The translations under genes were made by a program, and so were the position numbers. From NCBI GenBank assembly GCA_910586445.1, contig CAJUHV010000005.1, forward strand, positions 6,108 through 70,107: a stretch of DNA of 64,000 nucleotides, in the 5' to 3' direction. The DNA is from an uncultured Eubacterium sp. GTDB taxonomy: Bacteria > Bacillota > Clostridia > Lachnospirales > Lachnospiraceae. Below are positions 26,713 to 34,830 of this stretch, one piece after another. The notes under the pieces were generated by a model. It was not told where the DNA came from, ran no database searches, and was given only the letters and a program-made list of their open reading frames with translations. The number at the start of each line of letters is the position of its first letter. Position 1 is the stretch's first letter.

Positions 26713-27134
26713 AAAAATATCCCTTCCTATTCCTGTAATGTATATTATGCGCTGCGCAGTTTTGATAAATAATTCACTAATATGTGATTCTTTTGACACA
26801 ATCCCTTTATCACATACCTTTGGGCGCATTATCAAATATTTTTATGGCACTTTTACGACACCGCTTTAAATTTTCAATTTCCTACGACAATATCTTATGC
26901 CATTTTACACATCTATTCTTTTCCCTATTAATGATTTCCTCACGCAGACTCCTTTCCAAAAGAGCCTGATATGGTTTTAATTTACCACATACATGCTCAA
27001 TTTGCAACAATTGACATCTGGATCGAATAAATTCATATGCAGCTGAGCTGTCAGATCTCAATGTTTTGCGATATGTACTTCTCAAACCCTTGTATATAAG
27101 GTGTCAATTAAAATGATACAACATCAATATCTCT

Positions 27135-27338
27135 TTGCTGGATGAAGTTGTCGACTTGCTGCGTCAGGGCTGGCAGCTCGAAGAACGCTGCCGCGACCAT
27201 GGGCTGACCGGAGACCTTTCAGGTTTTCGGGAATGCCATATCAAGCCGGACTGGCTGTTAATCTATCTCATCGAAAATGATATTTTAACGCTGACCTTAA
27301 TCGATACCGGTTCACACTCAGATCTTTTCAAGAAATAA
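27135..27338 (+). pseudogene. N-terminally truncated YafQ/RelE-type toxin remnant
   Basis: RDHGLTGDLSGFRECHIKPDWLLIYLIENDILTLTLIDTGSHSDLFKK parallels the intact toxin at 60818..61090. About 25 N-terminal residues and the antitoxin partner are missing, and the only start is TTG. Confidence 0.6.
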
Positions 27339-27532
27339 TGCACAGGCAGGTAATTCCATCTTTGTTGGGTTTCCTGCCTGTTACTTTTTCTGTCAGCGGC
27401 AGTTTGTGGTGTACTTCTTCCATCAGCCGCAGCAATGTTTTGCGGACAGACAGTTTTTTCAAAAATATCAATATCGTCCCAATTTATCGCACACAGCTCT
27501 CCTGCACGTATTCCTGTAAAAAGACAAAGCAA
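27339..27532 (-). pseudogene. tyrosine recombinase (phage-integrase family) fragment, frameshifted and truncated
   Basis: LFTGIRAGELCAINWDDIDIFEK matches the start of the integrase catalytic domain. The expected continuation (KLSVRKTLL...) appears only in another frame after an A-run. The fragment abuts the YafQ remnant. Confidence 0.45.
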
Positions 27533-27586
27533 ATACCCGGGTATTCTTATATTCCCTTTTCAGACTGATACTCGGCAGCCCTCTGC

Positions 27587-29263
27587 TCATCCCTTTTTTA
27601 CCAGACATTTCTTCTGGAAAAATGCAATCCCCAGCCGGCCTGCTTTCTTATATCCATCACGTTCCACTTTTTCTGCATATTGTTTCTCCCTGATCTGGGA
27701 GAGCGCTTCTTCGCATGCGTTCTCCATCTGATCTTCATAATACGTTCGCTTTGCCTCCAGCACAACAGCCCTGCGGTTTCTTCGGTCTTTTACAACAAGA
27801 TCGGAACGTCCAAGGCCATTTTCATAATTGGATTCCACGCGGTACCCTGCGTTGGAAAACAACCCGGTCAGAAATGCATGGTAAAAACTCTCGGCATAAT
27901 CATGGTAACTGATGGTATCAAACAGCAGATCTGAGATCAGCTCGGTCAGCCGCTGTGCATTTTCATCCCACAATGCTGCAAATAATTCATTCCGGTCTTT
28001 TTGGGCGGTGGTTTCCATCAGCCACGCTTTGACGCTTTTTTTGAAAATTCCGAGAACCTCTTTGTTGGGAACCTTCAGCGCGTACTGACCGGGCAGCAGC
28101 TGCAGGCCGGAAATCTCATCCGGGCGCAGCCTTGTCAGATAACCCGTCAGATACAGAAGGCTCCATAGATTTTCTTCCGAACTTTCCAGTACGTCATAGG
28201 TGAGATTTTCTTCAACGTGCTCTACGATATGTTTCCCGGCGAGCAAGGTTTCAAATTTGTCATTTATATCAAAATCCGTTCTTTTTAAAAAGGTACGGAT
28301 GATGGAATTATCACTCGTATTTTCCCAGAAATTCTTTGGCTTTGAGTCCGGATTCAGAAGCAGGTTCTGCACATGGTTCATCACATCCCAGGGACAGTAA
28401 ACGTCGAAATCTCCGAAATGGTATCCGTCGTACCATTCCCTGACCTCCTCCGCATAAGGCGCAAGACCCGTATCCGCAAGCAGACGGTTGACTTCGTCCT
28501 GTGTGAAACCGAAGCATTCATTGAGCTGCGTATCGGAAATGGTATCCGATACAAAATTATTCGTTCCTGTGAAAATACTTTCTTTTGCAATTTGAAGACA
28601 GCCTGTAATCACTGCAAACTCCAGTGAATTATTATCCTTAATGACCTGCATGACCCCCTTTATGGCATCCTGCATTTCACGATAGTATCCTTTTTCGCTT
28701 GCCTTAGCCAGCGGGACATCATATTCATCAATAATCAGGATTACGGATTTTTGGTAGTGCAATTCCATAAGCTGCGTCAGCTTCAGCAAACTGTTTTTGA
28801 TGCCTTTTAGATCCGCTTTTTCCGCTGCTGTTCTGTGAAACTGTTCTTTGTCCAGAGGCTGGATGCGCTCGCTTTCTGTCAGGTAAATGTGCTTTTTGTA
28901 CAGCTCGGCAATGACAGATGCGAGCTGTGCGTATGCGCCGGAAAAGTTCAGCCCGTCCACACTTCGAAACGACAGAAACAATGTGGGATATTGATTCATC
29001 CATTGCCTGCAGAGCTCTTCATTTCTCATAACAGACAGCCCCTCGAATAAGGCGAGGCTGTTTTTCTGTATGTCAAAAAATTCTGACAGCATACTCATAC
29101 CAAGTGTTTTTCCGAAACGGCGGGGCCTTGTGATCAATGTGACTTTTGTACTTTGTGTTTTTAATAATTGTTCAATCAGAGAGGACTTATCAATAAAGTA
29201 GCTGCCTTTTCTTCTAATCTCGGCAAAGTTAGAGGTCCCGACAGGGATATTAATGGTATTCAT
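27587..29263 (-). CDS. AAA-ATPase_like (DUF1703-type) N-terminal domain with a PD-(D/E)XK (PDDEXK_9-like) C-terminal domain
   Basis: N-terminus IPVGTSNFAEIRRKGSYFIDKSSLIEQLL...RPRRFGKT is characteristic of this family. C-terminus reads GRSDLVVKD...VLEAK. AAGGAG RBS. Confidence 0.75.
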   Translation of the reverse strand: MNTINIPVGTSNFAEIRRKGSYFIDKSSLIEQLLKTQSTKVTLITRPRRFGKTLGMSMLSEFFDIQKNSLALFEGLSVMRNEELCRQWMNQYPTLFLSFRSVDGLNFSGAYAQLASVIAELYKKHIYLTESERIQPLDKEQFHRTAAEKADLKGIKNSLLKLTQLMELHYQKSVILIIDEYDVPLAKASEKGYYREMQDAIKGVMQVIKDNNSLEFAVITGCLQIAKESIFTGTNNFVSDTISDTQLNECFGFTQDEVNRLLADTGLAPYAEEVREWYDGYHFGDFDVYCPWDVMNHVQNLLLNPDSKPKNFWENTSDNSIIRTFLKRTDFDINDKFETLLAGKHIVEHVEENLTYDVLESSEENLWSLLYLTGYLTRLRPDEISGLQLLPGQYALKVPNKEVLGIFKKSVKAWLMETTAQKDRNELFAALWDENAQRLTELISDLLFDTISYHDYAESFYHAFLTGLFSNAGYRVESNYENGLGRSDLVVKDRRNRRAVVLEAKRTYYEDQMENACEEALSQIREKQYAEKVERDGYKKAGRLGIAFFQKKCLVKKG

Positions 29264-29603
29264 AGGCGTTCTCCTTCTGTTATCATCAGGATAAAACTGG
29301 GGCGGTGCGTATATGGGTATGCCACACTCGCATTTTTAATGATCGTGTCACACACTTTCCATACCGTATGATATTCGGCATGTTTTTGATCACATGCGGT
29401 GCCGTATTTGCGGATCGTCTGCATTCTATTATATCTATGACCGTTTTATAAAGTATAACAACTCCAGGCGGATGATTCAATAGTATTCTTTCGGTTTGAG
29501 TTCTGCAATTTCCTCAATTGTCAGCTTTCCCATTTTCAACATCCTGATCGTAACCATTATCTCCCAATGCCAATTGAGGCAAAATTCGGGCAAACCTTGA
29601 TTT

Positions 29604-29804
29604 TCAGCTAAAGCCATGCCATACTTTCATTCGTTGCAAAGCCCGCAAAAACCAAGGTCTTTTCATTCCTCCATGTTCGCCTATCCCATACGGAGGGCCA
29701 GCCACCGCAATATCAAAATAATTGTCCGGGAAATGCGGCAGATCGTCCATGCAGTCCCCACAGACAAAACTGTTCATTTCCAACATATCCGCACCTCTTT
29801 CCAT
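29604..29804 (-). pseudogene. N-terminal fragment of a DNA (N6-adenine/N4-cytosine) methyltransferase
   Basis: FVCGDCMDDLPHFPDNYFDIAVAGPPYGIGE resembles the methylase N-terminus. The DPPY motif is degraded to GPPY, and the reading frame ends after about 60 aa. Confidence 0.5.
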
Positions 29805-29857
29805 ATTCCTATGATCTCATGGATTGGAACGGGGATTGTACCAATTATAATTCATGA

Positions 29858-29904
29858 CAATAGAAAGTTCGCGCAGCGTGCTTTCTATTGTTTATTTTTG
29901 TTTT
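29858..29904 (+). terminator. intrinsic terminator-like hairpin with a T-tract on the plus strand and no obvious plus-strand gene upstream
   Basis: CAATAGAAAG-N13-CTTTCTATTG followed by TTTATTTTTGTTTT. Also lies about 60 nt downstream of the minus-strand esterase stop. Confidence 0.5.
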
Positions 29905-29958
29905 GGAATAATTAATAGAATATTACAGTATCAGGCTCTTATTTTATTTACAACATTT

Positions 29959-31053
29959 TTACGACACTTTGCCAAATATCTCCTTAATCCATTCCAGATA
30001 CTGCTCCATATAATAATCCTGCCCATATGCATGATTTTTTCCTTCAGCTATAGCGATCGTTACATCTATTCCTGCTGCCTGTGCTGCGGCAATATATTCT
30101 TTCGGGCCGTCTCCCACAACCGTATCCGCTGTCCCATAGGAAATAAACTGCGGCAGATTGGCAGAATGATCCAGATACTGCTTTAAATCCAGCATGTCCA
30201 AAAGCTCCTCCCGCTTTCCGGCATCCCGCACATCTTCATCGTCAAACAGGCAGAACAGCATGCCTACATTGCAGCGGAATGTCAGTGCCGGATAGATCAT
30301 GGCAGGCGCGGCAATGCTGTCGTCTATTTTGTCAATTTCATCAGGTGTATAGCCATCAGGAAACAGATCCCTGCCTTGAACCAGATTGATATAGCTGCCT
30401 GCCTGATACCCTCCTGCCGAAAAGCCGAGCAGACCTATTTTAGCAGGGTTTATGCCGTAACCATCCGCATTCGCTTTCAGATAACGCACGGCTCTCTGCA
30501 CATCCAGCTGAGGTATTGGATATTCATAAGGATTGCTGCGGTAATGCAGGACAAATGCATTTATGCCGTGCTTTTGCAGAGTCACTGCTACATCATGCCC
30601 CTCCGCGCCGCTGCCGTCCATTGACTTATAGCCATATCCTCCGCCCGGGATCACAATAACCGCACAGTCAGAACCCTCTGCCGGATAAGGAATCATATAT
30701 GGCTGATCTTCATATGTTTCCTGTTCATAGCCCGCCTGGATTTCATGGAAATAAGTATATGTATCCATATTTCTTTCGACGTCCTGGTACACCGCACCTG
30801 GAATAGACCGGTAAAACCCCGCGGCAGAATCTTCCCAGCTGGAATTAAAATCGATATTCATATCATCAAGCTTGCTCCCGCTGTGATTACCTGCTGCAGT
30901 ATTCCATATTTCAATGCAGTTATCATTGCCGGCCCCGTCCTGCTTTCCAAGATCTGGTTTGTTTGTGTAAATGGTTATAAATATGGCAGCAGACACAGCC
31001 AGTATTATTATGACAGGCATAATAATGCCCAATTTTTTTATTCTCTTTCTCAT
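29959..31053 (-). CDS. membrane-anchored alpha/beta hydrolase (esterase/lipase, Abhydrolase_3-like)
   Basis: N-terminal TM anchor, oxyanion-type IPGGGY, nucleophile elbow GFSAGG. AGGAGG RBS. Confidence 0.75.
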   Translation of the reverse strand: MRKRIKKLGIIMPVIIILAVSAAIFITIYTNKPDLGKQDGAGNDNCIEIWNTAAGNHSGSKLDDMNIDFNSSWEDSAAGFYRSIPGAVYQDVERNMDTYTYFHEIQAGYEQETYEDQPYMIPYPAEGSDCAVIVIPGGGYGYKSMDGSGAEGHDVAVTLQKHGINAFVLHYRSNPYEYPIPQLDVQRAVRYLKANADGYGINPAKIGLLGFSAGGYQAGSYINLVQGRDLFPDGYTPDEIDKIDDSIAAPAMIYPALTFRCNVGMLFCLFDDEDVRDAGKREELLDMLDLKQYLDHSANLPQFISYGTADTVVGDGPKEYIAAAQAAGIDVTIAIAEGKNHAYGQDYYMEQYLEWIKEIFGKVS

Positions 31054-31133
31054 ATTTTTCCTCCTGCTAAATACGGTCTGGCCTCCCAGATCAGACTATG
31101 GTATACTGAGAAAAAACAAAAAGGAGCTTGCTT

Positions 31134-31331
31134 ATGCCAAAACGAAAAGCCATTGTCAGCATCCGGGAATGTGTTGCCTGCGGGTGCTGTTTAAAGGTCT
31201 GTCCGAGAAACGCAATATCAATTCCAAAAGGCATTCATGCCGAAATCAGCCGGGAGCTTTGTGTCGGCTGCGGCAGATGTGCAGCAGAATGTCCTGCAAG
31301 TATAATCGTGATGGAGGTTGTCGATCGATGA
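31134..31331 (+). CDS. small 2x[4Fe-4S] ferredoxin
   Basis: CVACGCCLKVCP and CVGCGRCAAECP cluster motifs. AAAGGAG lies 7 nt upstream of the ATG at 31134. Confidence 0.8.
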   Translation: MPKRKAIVSIRECVACGCCLKVCPRNAISIPKGIHAEISRELCVGCGRCAAECPASIIVMEVVDR

Positions 31332-31909
31332 ACAAAAAAAAGAACTGGTATGATTACCTGTGGATTTTTTCACTTACCTATCTGGTCTTGGGATTTTTTA
31401 ATATTCTGTTTGCGTGGCTTGGGCTGCTGTGCTTTTTTATCCCGCTTTTGATCTCTATAATAAACGGCAATAAAGCTTACTGCAACAAGTATTGCGGCAG
31501 AGGACAGTTATTTTCTCTTGTAGGAGGCAGATTTGGCCTTTCCCGCAGAAAGGATATTCCAAAATGGATGAAGTCCAAATATTTCAGATATGGTTTTCTG
31601 GCCTTTTTCTTCGCTATGTTTTTTCTTATGCTTTGGAATACATATCTCGTATTCGCAGGTGCAAAAGATTTAAGCAAAATCGTTACGCTGCTTTGGACAT
31701 TTAAGCTGCCATGGCACTGGGCGTATCACGGCACACTGTTTTCTGACGGAGCAGCACAGTTTGCCTTCGGATTTTACAGTGTCATGCTTACCTCTACCGT
31801 GCTTGGATTTGTTACAATGCTTTTATTCAAGCCACGTTCATGGTGTGTATACTGCCCGATGGGAACAATGACGCAGCTGATCTGCCGGGTGAAAAACAAA
31901 TCGGAATAA
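31328..31909 (+). CDS. integral membrane Cys-rich (4Fe-4S-binding-like) protein
   Basis: Start ATG overlaps the ferredoxin stop (ATGA). Multi-TM, with CNKYCGRG and CVYCPMG motifs. The listed 30971 start is a spurious extension antisense to the esterase gene. Confidence 0.55.
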   Translation: MNKKKNWYDYLWIFSLTYLVLGFFNILFAWLGLLCFFIPLLISIINGNKAYCNKYCGRGQLFSLVGGRFGLSRRKDIPKWMKSKYFRYGFLAFFFAMFFLMLWNTYLVFAGAKDLSKIVTLLWTFKLPWHWAYHGTLFSDGAAQFAFGFYSVMLTSTVLGFVTMLLFKPRSWCVYCPMGTMTQLICRVKNKSE

Positions 31910-31952
31910 ACTACGCAGCCGCTTTCGTATACGATAATAGAAAATCCACACG

Positions 31953-31988
31953 TACCCACAGGGCATGATATACCCACAGGGCATGATA
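31953..31988. repeat. perfect 18-bp tandem duplication in an intergenic region
   Basis: ACCCACAGGGCATGATAT at 31953..31970 and again at 31971..31988. Confidence 0.9.
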
Positions 31989-31997
31989 TGGAAAATT

Positions 31998-32103
31998 TAT
32001 CCCAAATTTATAAGGCATACTGCAGGATATGATATAGCGGGCTATGCCTCCTGAATTTGGGATGAAATATCCGCGGCATCTTGGACTACGAATGTCCAAG
32101 ATG
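31998..32103. other. two intergenic stem-loops: a nested 66-nt hairpin and a perfect 10-bp hairpin
   Basis: ATCCCAAATT (31998..32007) pairs with AATTTGGGAT (32054..32063), with inner arms GGCATA (32013..32018) and TATGCC (32043..32048). CATCTTGGAC-N7-GTCCAAGATG lies at 32077..32103. No U-tract follows either. Confidence 0.5.
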
Positions 32104-32168
32104 CTTGAAGTATGGCGTGCAGATAGCAGGAATGAATTTTAAGACACGCTCCAGCTTTCCTTTCAGAT

Positions 32169-33881
32169 CTATATGCGCAGTGCGCGGCATCTATTTAAGC
32201 ATGCAAAGATCTCCTGCTGTCTCGGCACCGCCAGGCCGCACGGCAGATACCTTCCCTCGCAGACTGCGCCGATCCCCTTTTCCTCTACCATCTTCTGCAG
32301 CAGCCCCGCTACCGCTTTTAGGTCTTTTTTTCCGTCAAACAGGCGCTGTCTTGCATATTTTACCATATATCCCAGCGCCATAGTCTGCTCACTGTCTACG
32401 AGCTGTTCGACATAGCGCAGCTCAATCGTATCCCTGTCGATGGATACGGCATCCCTGCCCATTCCCTTTACCTTTATCCGGTCATTCTGCGCGGCTTTTT
32501 TATCCGAGGCAAACCTGCGGTCAAATACCGGCGGCTCACTCTGATTCAGCCCGGGCTTGTCCTTTGCATAGCCAGCAAAACGCTCTGCCTCCTGTTTTGC
32601 CATCGCGGTAATCTCTGACGGCTCATACTGATACATCTGGATCACATGGTCAGCCTTGTAAAAATACGATCCGCAGCTGCCCGCTACCAGAATCGTAGAA
32701 ATGCCGTACGTCTGATACAGTTCTTCTACCCGGTCAATAAACGGCGTAATCGGCTCCATATCATGATGTACGACACGCGCCATCAGCTCATCGCGTATCA
32801 TAAAGTTAGTCGCGCTCGTATCTTCATCAATCAGAAACAAACGCGCGCCCGCCTCCATTGCTTCAATAACATTTGCAGCCTGCGATGTACTGCCGCTGGC
32901 ATCCTCCGTCATAAAAGCCTTTGTATCCTTGCCGTTCGGCAGCCCGTTGATAAACATAGAGATATCCGTATGCTTGATACTCCTGCCGTCCTCCGCACGG
33001 ATTTTTACCGCTGTATCATCGGTAATGACATACTCCCTGCCATCTCCGGCAATATGATTATATACCCCTCGTTCCAATGCCTTTAATAAGGTTGACTTTC
33101 CATGATAACCGCCGCCTACAATCAGCGTCACGCCCTGCGGAATGCCCATGCCCTTGATCAGCCCCGCATTTGGCAGCTCCATAGCTGTCTCCATTGAAGC
33201 AGGCGTATGAAAACGGACAGCATTTTTCATCGGGCGGTCTGATACGCCCGATTCACGCGGCAGTATGGAGCCGTCAGCCACAAATGCAGCCAGTGCGCGT
33301 TCCTTTAACTGCGTACGAATGTACTGCTGATCCTGCGCCAGCTCCTTTACTGCGGCCAGATGCTTTTTGTCTGCATTCCTATAAAATAAAGACTGCTCAA
33401 TACATTTTGGCAGAAACTGGAACAGTATTTTCTCCAGCTCCCCCGCATTGATTGTACGTCCGTTTGCCGGAAATCCTACCTCGAGGCGGAACACCAGATT
33501 TCCGGTATCTGCTGCTATTTCACACGCACTGCGTTCAAGCACCTCCTGCCCCGGACGGCTCACGGACAAAAGCCCGCTTTTTCCAGAACCCTTCGCCTTA
33601 TGCGAATACTGCTCTGCTTCTCTGCCAAAGCGGCGTACCAATGCATCCGCCAGTGCAGTGCGAGTATATTTATACTGTATCATATCTGCCGGAAATCCTG
33701 CCTTTGCCCCGTCAATGTGTATGCTGACCTTCGAAGGCGCTGCAAACGGATCTCCCTGCACATGGTCGATACTCAGTATATAGCTGCCAAACTGATATGA
33801 TCCTGTTGTGTCCTTATACGCCGGATAGCCTTTATGGTCTATCCGGCGCAGAATCTCTCGTAAATCATCTGACCGTTTCAT
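32169..33881 (-). CDS. ABC_ATPase-family (PF09818-like) predicted ATPase of unknown function
   Basis: N-terminus LREILRRIDHKGYPAYKDTTGSYQFGSYILSIDHVQGDPFA and P-loop GGGYHGKSTLL are typical of this family as recalled. Confidence 0.7.
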   Translation of the reverse strand: MKRSDDLREILRRIDHKGYPAYKDTTGSYQFGSYILSIDHVQGDPFAAPSKVSIHIDGAKAGFPADMIQYKYTRTALADALVRRFGREAEQYSHKAKGSGKSGLLSVSRPGQEVLERSACEIAADTGNLVFRLEVGFPANGRTINAGELEKILFQFLPKCIEQSLFYRNADKKHLAAVKELAQDQQYIRTQLKERALAAFVADGSILPRESGVSDRPMKNAVRFHTPASMETAMELPNAGLIKGMGIPQGVTLIVGGGYHGKSTLLKALERGVYNHIAGDGREYVITDDTAVKIRAEDGRSIKHTDISMFINGLPNGKDTKAFMTEDASGSTSQAANVIEAMEAGARLFLIDEDTSATNFMIRDELMARVVHHDMEPITPFIDRVEELYQTYGISTILVAGSCGSYFYKADHVIQMYQYEPSEITAMAKQEAERFAGYAKDKPGLNQSEPPVFDRRFASDKKAAQNDRIKVKGMGRDAVSIDRDTIELRYVEQLVDSEQTMALGYMVKYARQRLFDGKKDLKAVAGLLQKMVEEKGIGAVCEGRYLPCGLAVPRQQEIFACLNRCRALRI

Positions 33882-33897
33882 TCTATCTTTCCTTTCC

Positions 33898-34026
33898 GTT
33901 TTTCTTTCTGTTGTTTCTTGCCGTTTCTTCTTTCTGTTGTTTCTTGCCGTTTCTTCTTTCTGTTGTTTCTTGCCGTTTCTTCTTTCTGTTGTTTCTTGCC
34001 GTTTTTCTGTCGTTTTGCTTTTTGCC
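33898..34026. repeat. tandem 26-bp repeat, about 5 copies with 3 identical, inside a 160-nt stretch lacking A on the plus strand
   Basis: gtttcttctttctgttgtttcttgcc at 33923, 33949 and 33975, with variant copies at 33898 and 34001. No A occurs on the plus strand from 33886 to 34045. The period is not a multiple of 3. Confidence 0.9.
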
Positions 34027-34102
34027 GTTTTTTCTTTCTTCTCTCAGTCTTTTATCTTTTTATCGTTTCTTCCGGTTGGTCGTTCTTCTGCTTATCCGGC
34101 TT

Positions 34103-34501
34103 TTAAAACGGCACTTCTTCAAAGTCGCAGTAATCTGTTCCACCTTCGGAGCGGAATTGATATGCTTTTTTCTCACCCTCATATTCCCAGAAAAAGCTGC
34201 CCTCCATATCCATAAAAGAGTTTGCAGCTGCAATCGTATCCAGAAACTCTGCCATATCAGGCACAAAAGCCCTGGCCTGCTCCGCCGCAGCGCATTCCGC
34301 TTCATGAATCTCGTTTTCAATGTAAAACCGCAGCACAAACTCATCCAGATCGCTCTCATCATCGACCGCAGCATTTTTAAAATAAATGCTGCTGCAGTTT
34401 GCCATCAGGTTTTTTACAAATGCGATACTGGATAAAATGCGTGACTGAGCTACGTCATCCGCCTCCAGATATATGTTATATTTAATGTTCAGCTGTCCCA
34501 T
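34103..34501 (-). CDS. hypothetical small acidic protein (132 aa)
   Basis: ORF with an AAGAGGA RBS 8 nt upstream of the ATG. No recognisable motif. Confidence 0.55.
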   Translation of the reverse strand: MGQLNIKYNIYLEADDVAQSRILSSIAFVKNLMANCSSIYFKNAAVDDESDLDEFVLRFYIENEIHEAECAAAEQARAFVPDMAEFLDTIAAANSFMDMEGSFFWEYEGEKKAYQFRSEGGTDYCDFEEVPF

Positions 34502-34830
34502 ATAAATATCCTCTTTTCTCTTGTTTTTTATATTTTTGTTTTCTTTTTTGGTTATCTTTTTCCGGGTTCCTTTTTTCAGTTCTTCTTTTTTGTTTTCCTC
34601 TTTTAGGGGTTTCTTTTTTGTTTTTTTCTGGTTTTGAGTTTATTTTTCTGGTTTTATTCTTTTTTAGTCTACCATATTTTCGTTCTATTCTTTTGGGGCT
34701 GTTCCTTTTTCTGGTTCCTTTTGGGGGTTCCTTTTTCTGGTTTTTCTTTTTCTGGTTTTTCTTTTTTTGGTTTTCTCTTTTTCTATTTTCTATTTTTCAT
34801 TTTCTACATTTTTATCAATCGCACTCTTTT
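34502..34830. repeat. 329-bp T-rich, A-poor (plus strand) low-complexity tract with a reiterated CTTTTTCTGGTT motif
   Basis: Several copies of ttctggtt / cctttttctgg. Only spurious Phe/Leu-rich plus-strand ORFs cross it. On the gene (minus) strand it is A-rich, reading AACCAGAAAAAG. Confidence 0.8.

Noticed and set aside
26882-27085. 67-aa minus-strand ORF (MRSTYRKTLRSD...)
   Set aside because: No RBS and no recognisable motif. It sits in the decayed mobile-element patch and may be another gene remnant, but I cannot support any call.
30971-31327. Long N-terminal extension of the 312-aa ORF 30971..31909
   Set aside because: The extension runs antisense through the esterase gene start and across the ferredoxin gene in another frame. 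The ATG at 31328, which overlaps the ferredoxin stop as ATGA, gives a coherent membrane protein.
33898-34026. Possible CRISPR array suggested by regularly spaced repeats
   Set aside because: The units are directly abutting 26-bp tandem repeats with no unique spacers. No cas genes lie nearby.
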